Virus record (IMG/VR): IMGVR_UViG_3300011116_000655
Span: 13,870 to 77,869 of that record
Length of the DNA stretch: 64,000 nt
Source: a virus
Strand: one strand, 5' to 3'
Shown here: one piece after another, positions 35,806 through 46,467 of the stretch
Position numbering within the stretch: position 1 is the first letter of the stretch
Layout of the letters: each line of letters opens with the position of its first letter
Notes under the pieces: model-generated
What the model was told of the DNA's origin: nothing
Databases searched by the model: none
What the model saw: only the letters and a program-made list of their open reading frames with translations
Made by a program: the position numbers and the translations under genes

Positions 35806-36161
35806 TATTTAAGTGTTAATAGGTATTTAAGTTTGTTAAACTCGCCAAGTATTTCATCGCGAATGTTTAAAAGATCTGTATCTTTTTGTTGGTCAAGAAT
35901 ATCTGTCATTCCAATAAGAGTTTCAATGTATCCATCTACAATTTGTTCTACATCACCACCAAGGTTTTGTAGTTCAATTGGACCAGTAACACGTACTCTC
36001 CCGTTTCTTCCCATCCAAGCTTCTGTAAAAGTATCTATAAGATCACCAAGAGTTCCATAGATTCCACCAAAAGCTGAATGTCTGGCAAACGATTTTGTTT
36101 GCCAATGAAAGATTCTCATTTGTTGTTCCATTTGAACAAGTTGCATTACTATTTGGTCCAT
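35805..36161 (-). CDS. Ferritin/Dps-like four-helix bundle (DUF5856-like)
   Basis: HWQTKSFARH.AFG.IY..L.DLIDTF.E...LLNIRDEI....NKLKYLLTL. Confidence 0.8.
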   Translation of the reverse strand: MDQIVMQLVQMEQQMRIFHWQTKSFARHSAFGGIYGTLGDLIDTFTEAWMGRNGRVRVTGPIELQNLGGDVEQIVDGYIETLIGMTDILDQQKDTDLLNIRDEILGEFNKLKYLLTLK

Positions 36162-36162
36162 T

Positions 36163-36795
36163 TTATCTCCTATCTTTTGTTGTTATGTCAGCACCATGAA
36201 CCGCTGTAATCAACGCCAAAGTAAGACACATAAGAGCAATAGCTAAACTTAGATTTTGTTTGTCTTGAGCTTTTACTGCTTTATTTAATTCTTGGTTTTT
36301 TTCAATATATAATTCTATATCATTTTTAAATTTTTGACCTTCTGGCGATCTCATAAATTTATCTACTTCACTTGATTTACCACTTGGATCAAGACTGACA
36401 AACCTTTTTGCTTGTTCTATTAAACTGTTATCTATTGTGGTTTTAATGCCTTTATAAATTAATTGTTTATTATCAACATCAAATTTAATATTTGGGCTTA
36501 AGCTTTCAATGTATTTTTTAGATAATACTGGAAGCTGCTCTTTATCTACTTGAGATGCACCAATTGTCCTGGCTACTTGAGCTATCGCTGGACCTCCAGA
36601 TAATGCTTCATCAGATTGGTTTATAGCTGTACCTAATGAAGCTCCACCACCAAATGCAACAGCTAATGGAAAAGCAAATTTAGCAAATAATTGTCCAAGT
36701 CTTCCTTCGTTTAAAAGATCTGGATTATTTTCACTTAATACTTCTAAAAGTTCTTGTCTAACTATAAGTCTTAATTGTGATTCTGTTATAATCAT
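36163..36795 (-). CDS. Late membrane-type protein with N-terminal ITESQLRLIVRQEL tag
   Basis: Tag followed by LLNE/G; hydrophobic segments at both ends; late motif at 36827-36834. Confidence 0.7.
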   Translation of the reverse strand: MIITESQLRLIVRQELLEVLSENNPDLLNEGRLGQLFAKFAFPLAVAFGGGASLGTAINQSDEALSGGPAIAQVARTIGASQVDKEQLPVLSKKYIESLSPNIKFDVDNKQLIYKGIKTTIDNSLIEQAKRFVSLDPSGKSSEVDKFMRSPEGQKFKNDIELYIEKNQELNKAVKAQDKQNLSLAIALMCLTLALITAVHGADITTKDRR

Positions 36796-36833
36796 TATAA
36801 AATTTTCCTTTAATTTACTTACACAATAAATAG

Positions 36834-37976
36834 TTAAATCTTACGCATTTCACCGTAATTACTTCCTGCTTTCACGTTTACTTTAAACATCCCAAGGTCA
36901 GTATTGGAATAAATCTTCATAATTTTTTTTAGGTCTTTTTTATCTTCGTCTGCAAGATCAATCACAATGTTGTCATGAATAGTAAAAGCAATAAAAGATT
37001 TACGACCTTTTAGAAACTGAAACACTTTAATCATCTGACGAAGAGCAAGCTGACCAAATGTAGACTGAACAATGTAAGAAAGAGCATGATGATTATCTGC
37101 TGAAATTTGTAAGCCGTAGAACGTAGTAACCTTTTCTCCATCCCAAAATCTATTAAGTACTTCTTCTTTATTGTAAATCGATTCAGCCTTTTCATTTTTA
37201 GTATCTCCATAAAGCCATGCAAGAAATGCTACTTTTGCTTCATCCCTTGTTTTCTTGTTATCAAAAATGTGTTGATTATTCCAATCGTGAATATCTTCTT
37301 TGGGTTGTGGCTTTCCTGCAAGAGCAAGAAACGTTCTAAGTTCTGCTCCGTTATAATCAAGCTCAACAAACCAATCATTTGTAGGATGGATAATAGAACG
37401 ATGATTCTTATCCATCTGCATTATTGGGAATGAACGTTTATGGGTTGATAGTCTACCTGTCTTTGTTCCAAAAATGTCATAGTTAATAAATCTACTAATG
37501 TTTGAATACTTTTGGATTATCTTTTTATCTTCCACACCATCCAACACAACATTCAATGGTCTACTTTTAATGTCCCAAAGAACTTCTGATAATTTAACGA
37601 GATAATCATAATCTTTTGGCTTTGCAACCGTATTTAGAATGTGTTCAACAATTTTTGTTTTGACTTCATAATAAGTCATAAGAAACTTGTGTGGAATCAT
37701 TTCAAATAAACAATTATCATCAAGATTAATTTTAGCATTTGAGAAAGATTTAAAATAAGCTTTCATCTTATCATTAACAAGTTTCCAATCATCTTTTGCA
37801 TTATCTGGACAAAACTTATTAATTTCATCTTGGCAATACAAATAAGCATAATCACCACCATTAAAGGATGGATGATAACTCCAAGATTTTACATAATCTG
37901 GTAAATTTTGAATTATTTCATTTTGACAATAAAAGCCCACACACTCGCCTTTATTATCAAGAGGTTCAACAAACAT
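36834..37976 (-). CDS. Compact family A DNA polymerase (polymerase domain only)
   Basis: TKTGRLS, motif A DYNGAELR, motif B RDEAKVAFLAWLYG, ALSYIVQST, motif C IHDNI. Confidence 0.85.
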   Translation of the reverse strand: MFVEPLDNKGECVGFYCQNEIIQNLPDYVKSWSYHPSFNGGDYAYLYCQDEINKFCPDNAKDDWKLVNDKMKAYFKSFSNAKINLDDNCLFEMIPHKFLMTYYEVKTKIVEHILNTVAKPKDYDYLVKLSEVLWDIKSRPLNVVLDGVEDKKIIQKYSNISRFINYDIFGTKTGRLSTHKRSFPIMQMDKNHRSIIHPTNDWFVELDYNGAELRTFLALAGKPQPKEDIHDWNNQHIFDNKKTRDEAKVAFLAWLYGDTKNEKAESIYNKEEVLNRFWDGEKVTTFYGLQISADNHHALSYIVQSTFGQLALRQMIKVFQFLKGRKSFIAFTIHDNIVIDLADEDKKDLKKIMKIYSNTDLGMFKVNVKAGSNYGEMRKI

Positions 37977-37986
37977 TTTAGCCTCA

Positions 37987-39183
37987 TTAAAATTTATAAA
38001 TAAAATTAGAAGACTTCATTTTCTTCTTCTTACTTACTTCGATTACTTGAGCATAATCTGGATTTGTTCCACCGTCAAGGAATGGTTTTGTATCTTTATT
38101 GATGTATTGCAAAGTAGATAATTCTCCAGATGCATTATAAATTGCGGTTAATGTATGTAATTTATTTTCAAATTGATTTTGATTAATTCTAAAATTTTCT
38201 TCTCTTAATCTAATAAAATAATACATTTTAATCCAAAATAAATCATCATAAGTATTGCTATTAATTTGTTGTTTATTTATTGTTCTGTTTATAAGTTGTC
38301 CTTCATTATTTAAAATGGGACTTTGTATTTTGTTCTTTACAAATACATTGTCATTGTAGTATTGTATTAATGTATCTTTAATAATTTTCCAATCTGTTAT
38401 GTATGTCGTAGTATAAGCGTTATCAAACATTTCATCAAGAGAATTAAAATTGTTTTGTTTCATTTTTTCTAATGCATAATTTGTTGAAAGATTGAATACT
38501 AATCTCCAGGGTGCATTCTTATCAACAAAAAAACTGTATTTTTCTGCTGTATTAATGAAAAATTTATAATTTGGATCATTTAAAAATTGATTAACTTTTA
38601 ATTGATCGTCACCATTATTAAGATTAGATAAATCAATTACTAATCCTGTAGTGGTTGGCGAAGCAATTCCGCTTGTCATAAAAGCTGTTTGAGAAATGTA
38701 TAAACCAGTATTATTCATAAGATAACAAAACTCATTAAGAAAATCATTTAAATTAGTTATAGAATTTCTTAATTTATTTTGATCAAATACTTTATCTAAA
38801 AATGTTCTTATTGTTTCATTATAGTTATTTTGTGGTATTGTTGTTGCTCTTACAATTTTTAATGGATTTAATTTTGATTTAGGAATTAAACTTAATTGAT
38901 TTGCTCTTTGAAACTCAATAACCATTTCATTAAAGGCATCTGCAACGAAAGAAATAGCATAAAATTGATTTGCTTGGTTTATGTTGCTTGTTTTGAGAAC
39001 TTTAAGATTATTAGTATTTAAAATAATTGAATCTAAATCTCTATTAATCTTTCCATAAAGAATTGAATTTTTCCAGAAATCAATAATGTTTGTGTATTCT
39101 TTTGGATAATACACAACATCATAGTATTTTCTAAATGTAAATTGTTCTATAGATTTTTGATTATTTCTTGCTATTGTTGCCAT
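37987..39183 (-). CDS. Hypothetical protein, last gene of the baseplate cluster
   Basis: LYGKIN, FVADAF, F.VDKNAPWRLV; operon position. Confidence 0.6.
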   Translation of the reverse strand: MATIARNNQKSIEQFTFRKYYDVVYYPKEYTNIIDFWKNSILYGKINRDLDSIILNTNNLKVLKTSNINQANQFYAISFVADAFNEMVIEFQRANQLSLIPKSKLNPLKIVRATTIPQNNYNETIRTFLDKVFDQNKLRNSITNLNDFLNEFCYLMNNTGLYISQTAFMTSGIASPTTTGLVIDLSNLNNGDDQLKVNQFLNDPNYKFFINTAEKYSFFVDKNAPWRLVFNLSTNYALEKMKQNNFNSLDEMFDNAYTTTYITDWKIIKDTLIQYYNDNVFVKNKIQSPILNNEGQLINRTINKQQINSNTYDDLFWIKMYYFIRLREENFRINQNQFENKLHTLTAIYNASGELSTLQYINKDTKPFLDGGTNPDYAQVIEVSKKKKMKSSNFIYKF

Positions 39184-39194
39184 TTTTATTCCTA

Positions 39195-42002
39195 TTAATC
39201 AAAAAAACTTTTAAGGTATTCTATTTCTGCTTCTAACGCAATTTGTGCTGCACGAGAAATTTCACCTTGTTGCATACTGATTTCAAGATCTTGTTGTAAT
39301 TGTTGTAGTTTCTTTTCTCTATCTAATTCTTCTTTTTGCTCTGCCACATCGTCAACAATTTCTTTTAAGTTAGCAAGAATTAAACTCATTTCTGGTAGAA
39401 CTTTTCCACTTGAGTCATAAAGACCAGCTTTTTCTAATTCTGTATAATTACAATCTTGTGATTCTGCTTCGCTTGGTTGTAAACCATCGTTGGAATGAAA
39501 TACACAATCTAAAGTAGTTGTATACGCTTCGTCAGTTATTTCACTTGTAACTTTTGTAACAGTATAATAACCGCCTATACCAGTTAATTGTGCAAATGTA
39601 GGAGCAGATTTTACTGTTGAAATAACTCTTCCAAATTCAACATTAGGTTTTATAAACAACATCATGCCAGGGTAATAAATGTTATTGCCAATCATTTTTA
39701 TTTCAGCATTATAAAGATCTCTAAATTGTCCAAGATAAATAGTTTTCTTTCCAACAGATTTTGATTCTCTTAAAAATGGTTGATCTATTTTTTTAAAGTT
39801 TATTGATTTTACTAAACCATAATCTTGTGCTAAAGTATAATGATAAATTCCTCGTTTTTCGTCAGCAACTTTATTCTCAACACCAGTAAAATCTTTATTA
39901 AATTTATCGTAAACAATAAAATAATTAAATGGAATTAATTTTGTATTAGATAAATTTGTTCTTGTTAAATAAAATGGTTTTAAATTTGTTTTATTAATTG
40001 ATAATCCAAACTTTACTGCATTTGTATTTGGATCAATAAAATCTGATAAAGGATGATTTTTTGGGTCTGTTGATCCTAATGAAATAATAGTACTAACTAA
40101 CGAAGTATTTGAATACTTATTAACATTACCGTTATAAATTTCTCTCGATTCAAGTGATGGTTCTGCTGCTTTTATTGTTAAGTCTTTAATAAATTTAAAT
40201 AAAGGGTATTCTTTAACTCCTTTTTCATACAATTCATTATCTAAAAAATTAACAAAAAAATTAATTTCAATAGGTATGTCTGCAATTGAAAAGTTCTTTG
40301 GTTGGTTTGGTATTTGTACAACCTCAGAAAAAGTAGAAAATAAAATTTTATTTCTTTCAAGTTCTTTTAAATTTGAACCGTACTTATTTCTAATTATTGT
40401 TATAGCTGCGTCTATTAAGTAACCAAAAGTAGTAAACATAATTCTTTTAGAAGTTACAGATTCTTCTTCATTTCTTAATGTCTGCTGAGCTTCGCCAAAA
40501 TCATCTGGATCTCCTTCTAACCACTCTAATCCATCGCTTGAAGTTCTTGCCAAATCAAGATTAGAAAGTTTTTTATCTAAAGCTGTCTCGTCTTGTGGTA
40601 AAATACTACCAGTTCTTGTTATTGAAAACTTTGGTTTACTAGCACTACCAATACCATTTTTCCAATTTAACCATTGTTTAACAAACGGAGCATCTACTGG
40701 TAAAAGAAAAATTTTATTTTTACCATTTGTTGTTTTAATTAATTCTTTTATTAATTGAGAATAATAAAATTGTTTTATTTCTACAGTTCTTGAATCAATT
40801 AAATTTTGTGCTAGATCAGCAGTAGCAGAATAAGTTGTTAATAGTTCTTGTACTTTTTCCTGTGCTACACCAGTAGAATAATCTAAATCTGGTATCCCAA
40901 GGTTTGCTAAAGTTGCATTAGGACCAAGACATAAATTTAATTCTGTTTTTAATTTTGAAAGATCATTACCATTTGATAAATAAGTTAAGAACTTTATTCT
41001 TCTTTCTAATTGAGTTATTGTTAAAGATTTTGATAATAATTCTACATCTGCTTTTTCATTAGATGTTTCTAGTTCAAAACCAGGAGTAACTGTTTGAAGA
41101 TCAACAGCATCGTAAGGAGAATCTAGTGTTAAAACGTCTACATCTTTTAGTTTATCTAAACTTTCTTTTAATCCTTTTAATAAATCAAAATTTGTAGAAA
41201 ATAAACTATTTTCTAAACTAGCAATGTAATTTGCTGTTAGTTTAATGCTGCCATCCTCATTGAAAGCAAAATTATGTTGTACAAGGTTTAGGTACATAAC
41301 AAGATCAGAATCATAAAACTCTTCATTTATGTCTTGTTTACCTTTAAAAATTTCATTAAGTATTTCTGGTCTTAGTTGTTCCCATCCAACAATTGCTTTT
41401 ATCCTAAATAAAGGACTTGAGTATTGATCTGGTAAAATAGATGGATGATAAATTAATGACCAATAGTTTGTAGTTTGTTTTGTTGTCGGATTATCAAATG
41501 GGCTTCTTAACAAACTTGGAGTTCTATTGTTCCAAAGTTTTAACATTTGGTCATAACTACCACCAGAAAAAGAATTAATAGAATCAAAATAAAATTCTAT
41601 TTTTACTTCAATTGTTTTTTCTGATGATGCTGGATTTGTACCTGCCAAGATCCAATTGATGGACTTAATACCGCAATTATTTCCTACAAAATGATTTTCA
41701 CTAAGATAATTGTATTTGTAATCTTTACTAAAAATAAACTCATACTCACTATCATCTTCTGAATTTACTCTAAATAATCTAATTTTTGGAATCAAAGAAT
41801 TGTATTGATAGGCTTTTAAATTTGTTAATTTTAACCCATCAGTCTTACCTGTTAACAAAGCTATTGTTTCTGGAAGACTTTTTTCTGAAGTATCTAAAGT
41901 TAAGATGTTGTCATACGTAGGTTTTATTAATTCAATTATTTCAGTTATGTAAGATGTAATAAAACCTTGATTATTAAACTTAACATCAGTTTTTGGTGGC
42001 AT
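39195..42002 (-). CDS. Baseplate hub protein (gp27/gpD-like)
   Basis: C-terminal YNAEIKMIGNNIYYPG...GIGGYYTVTKVTSEI....YTTTLDC typical of hub proteins; synteny. Confidence 0.65.
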   Translation of the reverse strand: MPPKTDVKFNNQGFITSYITEIIELIKPTYDNILTLDTSEKSLPETIALLTGKTDGLKLTNLKAYQYNSLIPKIRLFRVNSEDDSEYEFIFSKDYKYNYLSENHFVGNNCGIKSINWILAGTNPASSEKTIEVKIEFYFDSINSFSGGSYDQMLKLWNNRTPSLLRSPFDNPTTKQTTNYWSLIYHPSILPDQYSSPLFRIKAIVGWEQLRPEILNEIFKGKQDINEEFYDSDLVMYLNLVQHNFAFNEDGSIKLTANYIASLENSLFSTNFDLLKGLKESLDKLKDVDVLTLDSPYDAVDLQTVTPGFELETSNEKADVELLSKSLTITQLERRIKFLTYLSNGNDLSKLKTELNLCLGPNATLANLGIPDLDYSTGVAQEKVQELLTTYSATADLAQNLIDSRTVEIKQFYYSQLIKELIKTTNGKNKIFLLPVDAPFVKQWLNWKNGIGSASKPKFSITRTGSILPQDETALDKKLSNLDLARTSSDGLEWLEGDPDDFGEAQQTLRNEEESVTSKRIMFTTFGYLIDAAITIIRNKYGSNLKELERNKILFSTFSEVVQIPNQPKNFSIADIPIEINFFVNFLDNELYEKGVKEYPLFKFIKDLTIKAAEPSLESREIYNGNVNKYSNTSLVSTIISLGSTDPKNHPLSDFIDPNTNAVKFGLSINKTNLKPFYLTRTNLSNTKLIPFNYFIVYDKFNKDFTGVENKVADEKRGIYHYTLAQDYGLVKSINFKKIDQPFLRESKSVGKKTIYLGQFRDLYNAEIKMIGNNIYYPGMMLFIKPNVEFGRVISTVKSAPTFAQLTGIGGYYTVTKVTSEITDEAYTTTLDCVFHSNDGLQPSEAESQDCNYTELEKAGLYDSSGKVLPEMSLILANLKEIVDDVAEQKEELDREKKLQQLQQDLEISMQQGEISRAAQIALEAEIEYLKSFFD

Positions 42003-42005
42003 TTT

Positions 42006-42347
42006 TTATCCTATCATTCCCAATAAATCACCAAGAGGTTGTGGGATTTGTAAAACATCTCCAACAGCCAAAGAAGCCTCAATTGGCTTTTTGTTGTACC
42101 ATGCAATTATCCACCAATACTTTGGATCACCATAATAAGTAGATGATAACTTCCAATACTTATCACCAGCCTTCCAAATATGATTGGTAAAACTTAACAT
42201 TTGTATTTGTTCAACTGTTGGATAAATCAAATTAGCAGTTGAATAATGATCAATAAATTTTCTTCCTCTTGATTCAATAACTTGTTTTAATGAAGTATTG
42301 TCTGTGGAGGTGCTTTTTAAAACGTTTCCAGAGTATCTTGTAGCCAT
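42006..42347 (-). CDS. LysM-type baseplate wedge / tail X protein
   Basis: HIWKAGDKYWKLS..YYGDPKYWWIIA..N...VGDVLQIP. Confidence 0.8.
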   Translation of the reverse strand: MATRYSGNVLKSTSTDNTSLKQVIESRGRKFIDHYSTANLIYPTVEQIQMLSFTNHIWKAGDKYWKLSSTYYGDPKYWWIIAWYNKKPIEASLAVGDVLQIPQPLGDLLGMIG

Positions 42348-43141
42348 TATTTACCTCCTATAACCTTTGCAGCAGCAGCATCTTCTGGATTAGATGTGCC
42401 TTGGCTATTAGCATTTGTGTCTGGTGTTGCTGTTTCTGCTCCATCAGCGGCTGCATGAAATCCATCGTGACCACCAGCGGGACCATTAGTTGTACTAAAG
42501 TTGTAAAAATAACGTTTATTTAAAGTTCCTGTTACTATCACTCTACCGTCTGTATCAGTTACAAGATTTTCATTTAATACTGTAATACCTATTGTTATGT
42601 CAAAAGCTTTAGGATAAATACCTTGTGTAAGATTACCTATTTTATTGTTTGAAGCTCCATCAGTTTTGTAAAATACAGCATTCTTTTCCATAACTGGATC
42701 TGCTTTTATTGTTGTAATGTAACATAATACACCAGAATCATTTGTATTTTCTCCAGCTTGTATTAGATCGTGTTTTATTCTAAATAATGGTGGGGAGGTC
42801 ATAACTTGACTTGAATTGTATCTTGGATAACAAACTCTTTTTAAATGGTCTACACAATGTAATAAATCATCGTATGGAAGATAAGCAGTTCCATCTTTTA
42901 AATCTTCTTTTGCTCTTGCTTTAAAATTAATGTTCATTGTTCTACCCATTCTTTTAAAACGAGCAATAGGGTCCATTCTACCAATAACAGATTCTTGATT
43001 CCATTCTGGTGTTAAACTTTCTGTAATTCTTAAATCGTAAGGAAGGAACTGAATTTCAGAATCATAGGTAATACTAAATACTTTTAGTAAACCTACTTTT
43101 ACACCTTCAAAAATTCCAAAACCAGGATAAATGTCAGCCAT
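42347..43141 (-). CDS. Tail tube initiator / baseplate (gp48/54-like) protein
   Basis: W..ESVIGRMDP...F...R...YP.Y...SPPLFRI; immediately after tape measure. Confidence 0.65.
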   Translation of the reverse strand: MADIYPGFGIFEGVKVGLLKVFSITYDSEIQFLPYDLRITESLTPEWNQESVIGRMDPIARFKRMGRTMNINFKARAKEDLKDGTAYLPYDDLLHCVDHLKRVCYPRYNSSQVMTSPPLFRIKHDLIQAGENTNDSGVLCYITTIKADPVMEKNAVFYKTDGASNNKIGNLTQGIYPKAFDITIGITVLNENLVTDTDGRVIVTGTLNKRYFYNFSTTNGPAGGHDGFHAAADGAETATPDTNANSQGTSNPEDAAAAKVIGGK

Positions 43142-43153
43142 TATTATTCTCCA

Positions 43154-45322
43154 TTATTTTAATGGTACTCCAAGTGCTTGTGGTGATAAATTAGAACCAC
43201 CATTCATAACTTTATTAACAATACCTTTTATTGGTTCGTTACCTAAATAAACTTTAACTTCTGGTGCAGGTTGGTTAATCATAGGTGATACGGTAACATT
43301 AGGTTGTTGTGGTGACATAATGCTAACAAGTTGATTTGCTTTTTCTGTATTTAGATTATTAATTGAATCAACAGATTGTTTAGTTGCATCAGTTATTTTA
43401 CTTGTTACTTCCATACTTGTATTTAGTTTATCAAGTTGAGGAGTTGTTACAGAAATACTATCTGGTAATGCTTCAAAGCTTGATGCAATACCTTTTACAG
43501 ATCCTTCAAACTTATTCATGTTTCCTAGTGTTCTATTCATTTGACCATCTAAACCACTTAGAGAAGAAGTCATACCACCAAATACGCTAGGCATCTCATT
43601 TAAAACATCAAACAAAATTGGAGAATGTGGTTTTAAAATTATGTCATGTAGGTATTCAAACGCTAAACCTAGTGCATAAATTGCTGCTCCTAACCACCCT
43701 ACAGGAGTAAAAATTAAACCAATAGCAAGACCTATTTTAAGTAAAAATCCACCTATAGGATTATCAACCAACATTGTAAACATTGAAATCAATCCACTAA
43801 CAGCATCAACAACTGGACCCATAACAATAGCTAAATTTGCCATTAGTAATTGTATTTTTTCTTGAATTGGTATTGATCTTTGAATTGCATCATTTAATAA
43901 TTGTTGTTGATTTGCTCTTTCTGCGTCTGCCGCTGCTGCTCTTTCTGCTTCGGCATTTGTCATTGATAAAATACGACTTGCTTCTTCAACAGATTTGAAA
44001 TTACCAGCATCTGCTATTAATTTCTTTTCATAAAAAGACATTTGATTAAAAGCTAAACCTGCATCGTTTAATCTTGTTCTTAGTAAATCAATTGCTCTTG
44101 ATGGGTCTTCTGCTGATGCTTCAAGAAGTTCCATAGCATTAACAAAACCACCACCAAGAGCAGCATTAAGCTTACCAGCAGCAGTAGCAGCACCTTCAAA
44201 TGTTTGAAACTTTTCTGTTATTCTAAGAAGATCATTAAGAGCAACACCAGTTCCTTTTGCTTGAATTTCAAGATTTTTAAATACATCAAGCATTTTGTCG
44301 CCATAACCACCCAATCTTTCAGAAGCAGCAGCAAAATCAGATGCAACTTGTGTTGGTGATCTTCCTATAGCCAAAGCAAATCCAGCAAGTTTCTCAGAAG
44401 TCTTTGCAGCTTGAGATTCTGTCATTCCCATTATTTGAGTTAAACTAGCAATTTGTTTAGCACTTTGTTGAGATGAAATACCAAGCTTTTCTAATTTTGC
44501 AGTAGATACAACTAATTCTTCTTGAACTTTTTGATTAAGGTTTGAGAACGTATTTAGTTCTGTATACAAACCTTCAATTGCTTTACCAGCTTGTGCAAAC
44601 GAAATACCATAAGCAGTTGCGCCTCTTGCTGTGTTGTTTAAAACAGATTGTAATTGTGCATTTGCTCCTGCTACTTTTGATAATGACGCAGCAGCTTGAT
44701 CGTATTGTTTAAATGCCTCCATAGTTTGTTTTACAACTTCTTGTGCAAGTGTAATACCAATCATACTAAACGTGCCTTTAACACCACCACCAAACTTATC
44801 TATACTTTCACCAACTTGTCCAAATACTTGTTTTGGATTTTTGAACATTTGATAAACTAAATCGCTTTTTTTACTTTCATCAAATCCAAGAAGATTACCT
44901 AATTTATTACCAGCACCTTTTGCTCTACCAAAATCTTTTTCTGTTTCCACTATTTCATCTAGATCACCAGAAAGTTTCTTTAAATTTTCTAAATCATTCT
45001 CACTTATAGATCCATTATCTTTTTTTAGTTTGTTTATTCTTTGTAATTCATCAGCAATTTTTTTATTTATTTCTGCTTTTTTTAATTCATTCTCTATTTC
45101 AAGTTGTGCAAGAGATTCTGAATCATTATAAATTGATTTAATAAACTGTTGTTGTAATTTTAATTTTTCAATTTCTTTATCTAGGTATTCTACTCTTGAA
45201 GCACTACCAATTATGTCAACCGACGAAACAGGCGTAGCAGTAGTACCACCAGATGTTTGTTGTACCTTTTGTGAAATTGCTGCTACTAAACTTTCAATAA
45301 TAAGATTTATGTCGTCTGCCAT
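43154..45322 (-). CDS. Tail tape measure protein
   Basis: Long Ala/Gln-rich helical protein, F.TFEGAA..AGKLNA.LG, hydrophobic segment; synteny. Confidence 0.8.
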   Translation of the reverse strand: MADDINLIIESLVAAISQKVQQTSGGTTATPVSSVDIIGSASRVEYLDKEIEKLKLQQQFIKSIYNDSESLAQLEIENELKKAEINKKIADELQRINKLKKDNGSISENDLENLKKLSGDLDEIVETEKDFGRAKGAGNKLGNLLGFDESKKSDLVYQMFKNPKQVFGQVGESIDKFGGGVKGTFSMIGITLAQEVVKQTMEAFKQYDQAAASLSKVAGANAQLQSVLNNTARGATAYGISFAQAGKAIEGLYTELNTFSNLNQKVQEELVVSTAKLEKLGISSQQSAKQIASLTQIMGMTESQAAKTSEKLAGFALAIGRSPTQVASDFAAASERLGGYGDKMLDVFKNLEIQAKGTGVALNDLLRITEKFQTFEGAATAAGKLNAALGGGFVNAMELLEASAEDPSRAIDLLRTRLNDAGLAFNQMSFYEKKLIADAGNFKSVEEASRILSMTNAEAERAAAADAERANQQQLLNDAIQRSIPIQEKIQLLMANLAIVMGPVVDAVSGLISMFTMLVDNPIGGFLLKIGLAIGLIFTPVGWLGAAIYALGLAFEYLHDIILKPHSPILFDVLNEMPSVFGGMTSSLSGLDGQMNRTLGNMNKFEGSVKGIASSFEALPDSISVTTPQLDKLNTSMEVTSKITDATKQSVDSINNLNTEKANQLVSIMSPQQPNVTVSPMINQPAPEVKVYLGNEPIKGIVNKVMNGGSNLSPQALGVPLK

Positions 45323-45324
45323 TT

Positions 45325-46467
45325 TTAAACCTCACTATTCTTTATGTTTGCTAAGACTTTCCAACGGTTTATAATTGATTCTGATAAATGGTCAGGTCTT
45401 TGCTCCCTTGATTTAGTATGTATTAATCTAAGTACTTCACTAGCTAAATTTTCTAATTGTCCAATTTTTTGCTTAAGTAAGTTTTTTTGTTTAAATAAAT
45501 TAAGACTTGGTTTTTTAAATTCTTTTAAATCTGGTTCTAATTTATTTGTTATTAAAGTTTCAATGTCTGTATTTCCATCAATAATACTCTTGATTATAAG
45601 CAGTTTAATTTCTAATCCTAATAAAAATAAATACTTACCCTCTGGTGTTTCATTTGATTTAGCTCTTAGTCTTTTATAATTTAATCCTCCAATAAGAGTA
45701 CCTAGACTAATTGTACCTAAAAGGATAGATAAACCAGTAATTGGATCTAACACTTCAGACACAAGACCAGCAAGATCATTAGCAAGATCTTGTCTTCTTT
45801 GCTGTTTTCTTTGATCCATAAAAATCTTATCTGATAATTGTTGAATTTTATTTTCAATTTGTTCATAAACAGATTTAAAATTTTGGTTAGATTTTAAAAA
45901 TTCAACTGTTTTTTCAACAAAATTTATAAGATTGTTTTGATCTCTAAAATCAACATAATTTTGTACTTGAGACAATAAATCTACATAGTTAATTTCATCT
46001 GATACTTCCTCTACAGGTACTGGCGTTGCAGCCTCCTCTGTTGGTGCATCTTCTGGACCTAAAGGTACAGTTATTGCAGTTGTAGAAGTTGATTGACCTT
46101 TTTTCTTTTGTTCTTCGTTATAAGCTAAAGTATTTAAAGTAGAAAAAATTGGTGATGTTTTAGGTATAGGTAAGCCTATACCATTAGGTAACCAGCCACC
46201 ATTTGCATTTGCTTTGTATTTAACATCCTTTAATTGAATTTCTGTTCCTATTTCTGGTTTCCAGTTGGAAGGTACAGTACCTTTTGGTTTGGTTTCTTCT
46301 GGTTCTTGTTGTGATTGAGAAGATTCAGTATCAGTAACAGGAGTTTCTTCTTTAGGTGATTTAGACTTTATTTTAGTTTGTGGGTTATAATAACTTCTAA
46401 TTGCTTGCGTACCAGCAGCGGCAGTACCAGCTTTTGTTTTTTGTTCTTTTATTATTATCTTTATCAT
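45325..46467 (-). CDS. Late hypothetical protein with TM segment and C-terminal LSESIINRWKVLANIK tag
   Basis: Own late motif at 46473-46480; hydrophobic ITGLSILLGTISLGTLIGGL. Confidence 0.65.
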   Translation of the reverse strand: MIKIIIKEQKTKAGTAAAGTQAIRSYYNPQTKIKSKSPKEETPVTDTESSQSQQEPEETKPKGTVPSNWKPEIGTEIQLKDVKYKANANGGWLPNGIGLPIPKTSPIFSTLNTLAYNEEQKKKGQSTSTTAITVPLGPEDAPTEEAATPVPVEEVSDEINYVDLLSQVQNYVDFRDQNNLINFVEKTVEFLKSNQNFKSVYEQIENKIQQLSDKIFMDQRKQQRRQDLANDLAGLVSEVLDPITGLSILLGTISLGTLIGGLNYKRLRAKSNETPEGKYLFLLGLEIKLLIIKSIIDGNTDIETLITNKLEPDLKEFKKPSLNLFKQKNLLKQKIGQLENLASEVLRLIHTKSREQRPDHLSESIINRWKVLANIKNSEV

